Source of the DNA: Octopus vulgaris
Taxonomy: Eukaryota
Assembly: GCA_951406725.2 (NCBI GenBank)
Contig: OX597816.1
Span: forward strand, 16,430,001-16,494,000
Length of the DNA stretch: 64,000 bases
Direction of reading: 5' to 3'
The stretch's first letter is position 1. Each line of letters starts with the position of its first letter. The position numbers and the translations under genes were made by a program. Of the stretch, positions 54,167 through 64,000 are shown one piece after another. Below the pieces are notes generated by a model. That model searched no databases. It had not been told where the DNA came from and saw nothing but the letters and a program-made list of their open reading frames with translations.

Positions 54167-54945
54167 CATTGAAAAAGCACTAACCGATCGTGGCTGTTGC
54201 CAGCCTCCTCTGGCCCCTGTACCGGTGGTGCATAAAAAGCACCCACTACACATGGAGTGGTTGGCGTTAGGAAGGGCATCCAGCTGTAGAAACACTGCCA
54301 GATCAGACTGGAGCCTGGTGCAGCCTCCTGGCTTCCCAGACCTCGGTCGAACCGTCCAACCCATGCTAGCATGGAAAACTGACGTTAAACGGTGATGATG
54401 ATGATGTGTGTGTGTATTCTTGTCCTGACATCATGTGATGGCTATAAATAAGCATCACTGTCATATAAGCAATAGTATTTATTTCCAGTTTTCCATGGAA
54501 AACATGTCTGGCCATGGGAAAATATCACTTTGTTTGGAAACAAGTGAGAGTTGGTGACAGGAAGGATATCTAGCCATAGGAAATCTGCGTCAATGAATTC
54601 TGTCTGATTCTTGCAAGCATAGAAAAGTGGATATTAAAACAATGTTGATGACGCACACACACATGCACACATCCTGTTAATCTACTGTTCACAATATTAT
54701 CAGTTGCTGTATATAACTTATTAACTTTAACTCCTGCTATATTTAACTTTAATTCATTCAACAGAAAACTTGAACCTGTTTTATTCCCAGGTCTACTGAG
54801 CCAGACCCATTTTTGTTGTAAAAGGTACCACGTTTGGAGGGGAGGGGTATAAAAATCTCTGGGCGTCTCTTTGATATATCTGTGAATTGTAATTATGGTT
54901 GTTGTTGGCACTGATACAATTATAGTCGCTAATATTTTTAATAAT

Positions 54946-55530
54946 CATCATCATCATCGTTTAAGGTTCGCCTTCCATGCTAGCATGGGTTGGACGATTT
55001 TGACTGAGGGCTGGCAAACCAGATGGCCACACCAGGCTCCAATCTTGATCTGGCAGAGTTTCTGCAGCTGGATGCCCTTCCTAATGCCAACCACTCCGAG
55101 AGTGTAGTGGGTGCTTTTTACGTGCCACCAGCATGGGGCCAGTCAGGTGGTACTGGCAATGACCTCGCTCGAATCTTTTTACACATGCCACCGGCACAGG
55201 TGCCAGTAAGGCGACGTTGGTAACGATCACGCTCGAATGGTGCCTTTTTACGTGCCGCCGGCACAATTAGTTGGCTGCTCTGGCAACGATCAATAATAAT
55301 TGCCGGTGGCACGTAAAAAAACACCATCCGGGCATGGCCGTTTGCCAGCCTCGTCTGGCACCTGTGTCGGTGGCACATAAAAAGCACCCACTACACTCAT
55401 GGAGTAGTTGGCGTTAGGAAGGGCTGCCAGATCTGACTGGCCTGGTGCAGCCTTCGGGCTTCCCAGACCCCAGTTGAACTGTCCAACCCATGCTAGCATG
55501 GAAAGCGGACGTTAAATGATGATGATGATG
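54946..55530. mobile_element. Two family C copies in inverted arrangement
   Basis: (cat)n..ccatgctagcatgggttggac on the left mirrors gtccaacccatgctagcatgg..(gat)n on the right; junction near 55295. Confidence 0.8.
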
Positions 55531-57064
55531 AATGATTTTTTTTTACATAGCCATAAGGTCAGAAATTGTGTTTCTCCCAATTCTGCTATACACAACAAAT
55601 AATGATAATTGGGGTGGGAAAAGTTGATTACATTGACCCCGATACTCAATTGGTATTTTAATTTATTGGCTTTAGAACAAAGAACGGCAAAGTTGACCTT
55701 GTCAAGATATGAACTCAAACTCAGAATTTAGAGCCATAGCATTTTGCTTGACTTTCTAATTATTCGGCCCTGATAAATAATAATAATTATTATCATGATT
55801 AGCAACTTGGTCTGCAAACAAGATTAAATTCACCATTCTCTTGGATTGCCAGTACCTTTGAGCATTAACATATTAACTGTTTAGTTTATCCCATTCTAAT
55901 CCTTAAAAATTCTTCAATTACAATTTATTTTTAATTGGGATTAAGAATGTCTCAAGGTAATCTTTAAATGCTTCACACATATATATTCTGTATTGACGTG
56001 ATGTGTGTGTGTACATTATTTTTATTACAAATGAAAGCGAGATTACTTGATAATTGTAGAAGACTTTATATTTGTTAGAAAACAATTAATGATTCATTCT
56101 GTTGATACTCAGTTTTTTCAACACTTGTCAGTCAAGTAACATTGTGCTATGAAATATTAAATAAGCAAAAGCAACTGTGAAGTCTGAGCTCCAAGATACA
56201 ACTGAAAATGTAGATTGTCATATTCTGTGGAAGACATCACATGTGATTGGTAGCTGCTCCAAAATTCCATCAAGGTAATGCTTTCCTATGTGACATGATG
56301 TCACAAAAACAATGTACAATGACGAGAAACCAAGACCTCTGGATACATGCTGTGACTCTGAAGACCCGATAAATGAAGTGAGTTCATGGCTTGCAGGACG
56401 GTCTGCTGTGCTAACCTTGGATCATAGGGTGACCTGCTGTGCTTGAGGAGACCTACTGAGTCAAGTACATCAAAATAAAAATCAAATGGATATTGTAGTT
56501 GTGATACCCATACCGGTGGCCGTTGGGCCTCGCAGAGGAAATGACAAAAGACTGAGACCTCTGAGATATGCCGTGACTGCAAAGACCCGACAAATGAACT
56601 GAGTTCATGGCTCACAGGATGGCCTGCTGTGCTAACCTTGGATCGTAGAGTGACTCACTGTGCTTGAGGAGACCTATTGAGTCAAGTACTTCAACACCAA
56701 CATCAAAATAAAAATCAAATGGAAATTGTAGTTATGATACCCATGCTGGTGGCATGTAAAAAGCACCATCTGAACGTGGCTGATGTCAGCACCGCCTGAC
56801 TGGTGTCTGTGTTGGTGACATGTAATAAGCACCAACCAATCATGGCCATTTGCCAGTCTCCTCTGGTCTCTGTGCTGGTGGCAGGTAAAAAGCACCCACT
56901 ACAATCATGGAATGGTTGACGTTAGGAAGGGCATCCAGCTGTAGAAACACTGCCAGATCAGACTGGATGTTGGCGCAGCCTCCTGGCTTCCTAGACCCCG
57001 GTTGAACAGTCCAACCCATGCTAGCATGGAAAGCGGACGTTAAACGATGATGATGATGATGATG

Positions 57065-57519
57065 ATTCACAAAAAAGACTGTCCTAGAATAAATATAGAA
57101 AATTCTCCTGATATTGAATACATACACAAACATCAATACAAGGGATACTGGTGGAACATTCCCATGTGTAAACATAACAGACCAGATACTGTTGTTTGGG
57201 ACAGACAAGAAAATGTATGTTCTGTCTTAGTGGTCAGATATCCTGCTGATGTGAATATTTCTTTGAAAAATGAAAGAGGAAAAGGATACCTATGGATGAC
57301 TACTTTGAAAACCCCAGCCTCTATATCCAGATTATAAATTCACATTTATACCAATAAAAATTGGTGCATTTGGTTTTGTGAGTAAATGTGTAAGTGAACA
57401 ATATGAATAAGCTAGGGTTTTCAGAAAATGAAATCAGTCAGCCAACTCACACAGTACAAATACCATCTGTAAGTGGAACGGTAAAAATATGTAAGACTTT
57501 CCACAAGTTTAAAATGTGA
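57065..57519 (+). pseudogene. RLE-type LINE endonuclease fragment
   Basis: HKKDCP...YWWNIPMCKHNRPDTVVWDRQE...YPADVNISLK, homologous to ORF 22712..23080. Confidence 0.7.
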
Positions 57520-57662
57520 CATTCTTTTTGTTATCTACATTCCAAAGATGAAGCTTTATAGCTTTGTTATAAACCATCTTCTTTCTCAGAGGAAGAATTT
57601 AAATAATTCAAAAAAGAAGAGAACATACATTTCTATATTTAAGAGATGAGGAATTATATATA

Positions 57663-58171
57663 TTATTTACATTTGATGGATATTTGTCCTCATCTTATTT
57701 GTTGTTAACATGTTTTGGCTGATATATCCTCCAGCCTTCATCAGGTGTCTTGGGGAAAATTTGAACCTGGGTTCTCATTCCCTGTGGGATGAAGTTAAAA
57801 TAATAGACAGAGAACACCGCTGGAAAATATGAAAACTAAAAGAAGCAGCACATATGCTAAGATACAACCTCCTAAGCAGACTGAGTGCAGATATGAACAG
57901 CATATGGGAACTGGTATTAGGGAAAGATAGAAAAATATTAGATTTATATGCCCGAAAATTCACTCCAAAATTGCCCATGGGCATATGGCGTAGTGGTTAA
58001 GAGTGTGGGCTACTAACCCTAAGATTCCGAGTAATAATAATGTCATAAAATACCTTAGGAATGAGAACCCAGGTTTGAAATTTTCCCAAGACACCTGATG
58101 AAGCCTGGAGGGCATATCAGCTGAAATATGTTAACAATAAAGATGACAAATATCCGTCAAATGTAAATAAT
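57663..58171. mobile_element. Inverted pair of ~115-bp repeats carrying hammerhead-like motifs, enclosing a tRNA-like head
   Basis: 57663-57781 is the reverse complement of 58059-58171. The right arm reads gacac-CTGATGA-agcctg..cagct-GAAA-tatgtt. ggcgtagtggttaagag at ~57987 is tRNA A-box-like. Confidence 0.7.
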
Positions 58172-58613
58172 GTTAACATACATATATATTAGGCACTGGT
58201 TAGATCTATTCTGCTTGACCGAAGGTGGAAAAGTGGTCAGGTAAAATTTTGAACCATTTCTGAGTGGGTACTGAGACTAACAGGTAGCTCTAATGTTTAG
58301 AAGAAGTTTGAAAAATTGGGGAATTTTCTGGAAGCAAAGTTTTATGTGAAGACAGAAGAATATTGGTGGTTGCAGCAGGATTTGGAATATTTGCAATTTT
58401 ACCAAGATTAAATAACTTGTTAGACAAATTTCAGATTTTTATCCCATGTGACTTTTGTGTAATAACCTATTTAGAAATTTTTATTCTATTATCTCCACTA
58501 CTCTATGATTAACTATTGAAAATATCTATTTGTAAAAAAATAATTAGCATTACCCCGCTCTCTCCCTCTTTCATCCAGACTCACATGTGTACTGATACAG
58601 GCATACGTATCTG

Positions 58614-58659
<46 letters not shown>

Positions 58660-58675
58660 TGTGTGTGTGTGTGTG

Positions 58676-58717
<42 letters not shown>

Positions 58718-58753
58718 TGTATGTATGTGTGTGTGTGTGTATGTGTGTGTGTA

Positions 58754-58810
<57 letters not shown>

Positions 58811-58982
58811 ATGTGTGTGTGTGTGTGTATATATATGTGTGTGTGTGTGTATATATGTGTGTGTGTGTATATATATGTGCGTGTGTGTGTATATGTGTGT
58901 GGGTGTATATATGTGTGTGTATATGTATGTGTGTATGTGTGTATATATATATGTGTGTATATATATGTGTGTGTGTGTGTTT
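58614..58982. repeat. (TG)n/(TA)n microsatellite
   Basis: Read directly. Confidence 0.95.
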
Positions 58983-60703
58983 ATATTCATACATGTATAT
59001 ATGACATGTATACATGAACATGTGTACCAGCAGTGGGGAGAGAGAGAGGGATTGAGAGATACACATACACAGACAGATTGAGAGAATCTATAAGTGTTAA
59101 CTTCTACTGTTTACACTGAAATAAAGTGAAACTTGTAGCCATAACAATTGTATAAAAGGGGATAAAAACCACTCCCTTCAGGTGCTCATATTTTAATCCT
59201 TTCTATAAATATTCCTTATATCTGCTTATTTCAATGTGTTCAAAAGAAACATGTTTTTGCTACTGAATGCAAAGTTAGTTATCAATACATTCATGTTACT
59301 ATCTGTTTTGTTAGTATTTTACTTTATGTAAACAAGTGGGGTCTAGTTGGTTGTGTTCTCATATAGATATATGAGCTTAGAGACTGTTTTAAAATATATA
59401 CTCATTTTCAAGTTATTGTAGCAAAAATAGATTATAATTTTTATCAACAATCTGGCAAAGGCAAGCAAACCGAAACTTCAAAATAACTGTTGACATTTTC
59501 CTTGTAAAAGTTTAATAAACCAGTTCTCTACTAAAAAGTATTGCATAATCCTTTAGTTTAATGTGAAATTGTTCTTTTTTTAAATTATTTATCATGACAT
59601 AAAAACAAACATTAATATATCTTTTATAATCATCAATCTCTAGTCTATGGCTTAATTATTTACTCTGTCTGTCTGTCTGTCTATCTGTCACTCTTTCCTT
59701 CTACTAGTCTTATCTTCTATGACTATAATGGCATTTGATTCTTTAATAACATACCCTCCACCGTCTGGTATAAATATTTTTCTTTCTCTGGTCACCCCTT
59801 ACTGTACTACTCACTTTTACTTGTTTCAGTCATGTGACTGTGGCTATGCTGGGGCACCGCCTTCAGTCGAGCAAATCGACCCCAGGACTTATTCTTTGCA
59901 AGCCTAGTACTTATTCTATCGGTCTCTTTTGCCAAACTGCTAAGTTACGGAGACCTAAACATGTGGGGGGGGGGGGCAAACACAGACACACACACACACA
60001 TATATATATATACATATATACGACGGGCTTCTTTCAGTTTCCGTCTACCAAATCCACTCACAAGGCTTTGGTCGGCCCGAGGCTATGGTAGAAGATACTT
60101 GCCCAAGGTGCCACACAGTGGGACTGAACCCGGAACCATGTGGTTCGTAAGCAAGCTACTTACCACACAGCCACTCCTACGCCTACATCTTGCACAAACC
60201 CTTTTATCCTCATCCCTCCCTCTTAAACTCTGCTATACTACGGAATTTTTTCCCTGACCGAATTTTAAAAATGAAACTTTAATCATATTCCTCTCACCAA
60301 TTTCAGAAGCTTCTGCAAAAAATTAATGAGGTGTGCCTCATTTTCCTTCATTAGCTTAAAAAAAAGAATTATTACAAAATAAATTTTAGGACCATGCAAA
60401 CCTTGGATAATTTTTTCATATCACTTGTATACATTTGCGTTGAGAGACGGCATTCTGTTTTCTACGAGGCTGATAGAAATAAGTGATAGGAAAATGGTAG
60501 TGATTGTACTTGTGATCTTTAGATCAGTAGTGTTACATTATACGAGCAGAGAGTAACTCAGTCATCACTGTGTAAATTTTCATTATCTTTTTATTACAAA
60601 CAGTGGAGTGACATTAAATTTTTCAACTGATGAAATAAAGTAGAATCGAAAAACAGGAAAGTAAAACACAATAACACAATATTGTTTTATGAAAATTAAA
60701 ACC

Positions 60704-60704
<1 letters not shown>

Positions 60705-60743
<39 letters not shown>

Positions 60744-61047
60744 TACATATATATACATACACATACATGTATGTGTATATATGTATATACGTATGTATTT
60801 GTATATATGTATGTATATATGTATGTGTATGTATGTATATATGTATTTGTATATATGTATGTATATATGTATGTGTATGTATGTATATATGTATGTGTAT
60901 ATATGTATGTATGTATATGTGTATGTATGTATATATGTATATGTATATATGTATGTATGTATATATGTATGTGTATATATATATGTGTGTATGTGTATAT
61001 ATATGTGTGTATATGTATATATATATGTGTGTATACATATATGTATG

Positions 61048-61078
<31 letters not shown>

Positions 61079-61644
61079 ATATATATACATACACATACAT
61101 GTATGTGTATATATGTATATACGTATGTATTTGTATATATGTATGTGTATGTATGTATATATGTATGTGTATGTATGTATATATGTATGTGTATGTATGT
61201 ATATATGTATGTGTATGTATGTATATATGTATGTGTATGTATGTATATATGTATGTGTATGTATATATGTATGTGTATGTATGTATATATGTATGTGTAT
61301 GTATATATGTATATATGTATGTGTATGTATATATGTGTGTATACATATATGTATGTATATATATATATGTATATATATATGTATATATATATGTATATAT
61401 ATATATATATGTGTGTATACATATATATGTGTGTGTATACATATATGTATGTATATATGTGTATGTATATTGTATGTATATATGTATGTATGTATATATA
61501 ATTGTGTATAAATATATGTATGTATATATGTGTATACATATATGTATATATATGTATGTATATATATGTGTGTGTCTATATATTTGTATATATGTGTGTG
61601 TATATATATTTACATTTGTGTATGTATATATGTGTATATACATT

Positions 61645-61685
<41 letters not shown>

Positions 61686-61775
61686 ATACATGTATCAAAG
61701 TATGTATGCATGTATATAAAATATGTATGAAAGTAATTATGCATATCTGTGTGTATGTATATATCGATGAGTGTA

Positions 61776-61815
<40 letters not shown>
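60705..61815. repeat. ~1.1-kb (TATG)/(TA)/(TG) compound satellite
   Basis: Read directly; includes an internal duplication (60735-60810 is similar to 61065-61145). Confidence 0.95.
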
Positions 61816-61821
<6 letters not shown>

Positions 61822-62085
61822 CACTTGCACACACAAACACAAATACGTAGAGAGGGGACGGAGAGAGAAAGTGAATTTGCAGAATATTTCATGTTCTATC
61901 TATTTGTGTTATGTTTCATTTAAGATAAAAATATTTCTTTTTTCACCTGAATTCTTAATAACATCTGATTTGAAAAATAAAATTTGTTTTTTTACTTTGA
62001 TGCTGCAAAAAAAAAAAAAAAAAAAAATTGTTTTTCAGCATTAAAGTAAAAAGAAAAAATATTTTCATCAAAAATTATTACTCAC

Positions 62086-62198
62086 CTTTTTTAGAGAATT
62101 TGTAAAAATCTGATTCATATAGTGATCGCGTCATTCCAAAATCACCTATTTTCACTGTTTTATTTGAATGTACCAAACAGTTACGACAAGCTAAGTCT
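62086..62198 (-). CDS. VKR: RTK/VKR-like exon: catalytic loop and activation loop (missed by the ORF track)
   Basis: Read manually: (R)[37 protein letters not shown](G), containing HRDLACRN and DFG. Acceptor ttccAG at 62199-200, donor GTGAG at 62085. 113 nt = 1+37 codons+1, so phases match both neighbours. Confidence 0.93.
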
Positions 62199-63003
62199 CT
62201 GGAATTTTAAAATATAAATCATCATTATCATAATAACCATTATCATTTTCAATATCAACATGACCAACACTTTGTCACCATAATATCACTTGTGATGCTT
62301 TCCGGGATAAACATTTACAATATCCCAGAGGAAAAACTTTCAAAGTTCCTCATATTTTAATTAGTATGCATCACTGCTTAGAAATGTGTGTATTAAGACA
62401 CATACAGAAATTTGGTGAAGCCTGTTGAGACAAAAAACATGTGTTAACAGCATTTCTGTCTCAGACAATCAGATTATCGGGTGCTTCCCGTTGATGAAGT
62501 CCAGTAGGCCAGAATCACGTGATATGGGAATTCTGGCACCCATGATCATCTGCTATGATCAATGTGTGTGGCAGAGATGTCTTTTACAAAGGAGTGGAAA
62601 TGAACAACATTGCTTGTATCACCAGGATGCCTCTTTACAACCACCACATGATATCAAGACAAGCAACACACACACACTTAAGGCTTCTTTTAGTTCCTGT
62701 CTACCAAATTTGCTCATAAGGCTTTGGTTGGCCCAGAGCTATGGTAGAAGATACATGCCCAAGCTACCATGCAATGAGCTTGAACTTGAGATCTCATGGT
62801 TGGGAAGGCAGCTTCTCAGTCACACAGCCACATCTGTGGTTGTAAGAATGTAGATCCAAGAAGTATTATGAGAATGCAAGAATGAATTTATTTTATTTTA
62901 CTGTGAACAGTAGTACTGTTTACAAATGAAGCAGAATGAAATGTTAAAGGAAATTCAAAACCTAAGGTTGACATATGGAAAAATATTGAAGATGTGTACA
63001 TAC

Positions 63004-63154
63004 CTGTGTACATATTTAAGACTGTGGAGGTAGTTTAGTCCATTGGCAACATCAGTAGCCATTTGGGTTAGCTTAAAGGGAGCAACGTCTTCGGCCTCAA
63101 TAGTTTCTCGATCAACAAGACTCCGTCGAGACAATAAGTAAGTTTTTAGGTCAC
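63004..63154 (-). CDS. VKR: Receptor tyrosine kinase (insulin-receptor-like kinase domain, probably Venus kinase receptor), internal exon, kinase subdomains V-VIa
   Basis: Encodes (G)DLKTYLLSRRSLVDRETIEAEDVAPFKLTQMATDVANGLNYLHSLKYVH(R). Acceptor taacAG at 63155-56, donor GTATG at 63003. The split AG+A Arg codon fits the next exon. GDLKTYLL.RR resembles VKR kinases as I recall them; the VKR label is less certain than the exon itself. Confidence 0.9.
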
Positions 63155-63509
63155 CTGTTACAAAAACAAACACATTTAAGTACTTTATATAATCGTCATC
63201 CTTTAATTTCCATTTTCCAAGCTGGCATGGGTTGCACAGTTTGACAAGATCTGGCAAGTCACAGGGTGCCACTCAGCTCCACTGTCTTCTTTGGCATAGT
63301 TTTTTTTTTTTATGACTGGATGCCCTTCTTAACATCAACCACTCTACAGTGTCTAAAGTGATTTCTTCACACTACTGGCACTAGTACCACAAAGATTATA
63401 TATATATATATATAAATTACTAATATAGGATGAAGTTTTTTTTACAGAAAAAAAATGTCATCAAAAAAGTGGCAGCCTATTAAAATACCTTTAAAGGTTA
63501 AAATTATAA

Positions 63510-63729
63510 ACAACTTATAAACAAGGGCAAAAGAAAATTATTTCCCTGCCAATATCCTGATAACAGACTTTTAAATCGTCAATTTCCACATATTATTATA
63601 CCCACTACAGAAATACGTTGGGCTGTAGTATTTCTGTAGTGGGTTTAATAATATGTGGAAATTGAGGATTTAAAAGTCTGTTATCAGCATATTGGCATAG
63701 AAATAATTTTTTTGCCCTTGTTTATAAGT

Positions 63730-63732
<3 letters not shown>
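63510..63732. repeat. Near-perfect fold-back hairpin, ~105-bp arms, 11-nt loop
   Basis: acaacttataaacaagggc...cccactacagaaatac [gttgggctgta] gtatttctgtagtggg...gcccttgtttataagttgt. Confidence 0.9.
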
Positions 63733-63789
<57 letters not shown>

Positions 63790-64000
63790 TAAAAACACTT
63801 TTTGTACAAATTTTTACCGATAATGGATTTTTCTATACCGAAGCTACTTGGTAAAATTTATTAATTATTAAATTAATAATTCTTTACCCTATATCTATAA
63901 TGATAAATATATATATATGTATAACTCTCCCTATATATATAGTGTATATTGTTCCATGATGGTAAAATCAACAAAAAAAGTACTCCATCCAGTGGGAGAT

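Noticed and set aside
58516-62044. Long ORFs at 58516-59081 and 60583-62044
   Set aside because: Microsatellite artefacts with no domain content.
62955-63272. ORF-track 105-aa protein taken as a whole
   Set aside because: Only 63004-63154 is exon; the N-terminal part is SINE/intron and the C-terminal part is read-through past the donor.

Overview
AT-rich, repeat-dense eukaryotic DNA. The SINE families and (TA)/(CA)/(ATT)/(ATC) microsatellites resemble a coleoid cephalopod (octopus-type) genome; this is inferred from repeat style. The only host gene I can support is on the minus strand: the last four coding exons of an insulin-receptor-family tyrosine kinase (63004-63154, 62086-62198, 40915-41122, 37065-37596). 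They join in frame through GT-AG introns, one of about 21 kb. The motifs best match the Venus kinase receptor (VKR) family, and the 5' part of the gene lies beyond the right edge. A long SINE-free AT-rich stretch after the stop codon is probably a multi-kb 3'UTR. The rest is transposon material: a near-complete DD34E Tc1 element, three decayed mariner/maT elements, a non-autonomous Helitron, TTAA-flanked MITEs, RTE, CR1 and R4/Dong-type LINE fragments, three abundant SINE-like families, minisatellites and several fold-back elements. The most interesting signals are a dispersed set of type-I hammerhead-ribozyme-like motifs in short non-coding repeats, an ETS-CRE promoter motif plus 5'UTR intron in the Tc1 element, an FY instead of YY kinase activation loop, and long intronic hairpins. 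Nearly all long ORFs in the supplied track are microsatellite artefacts.
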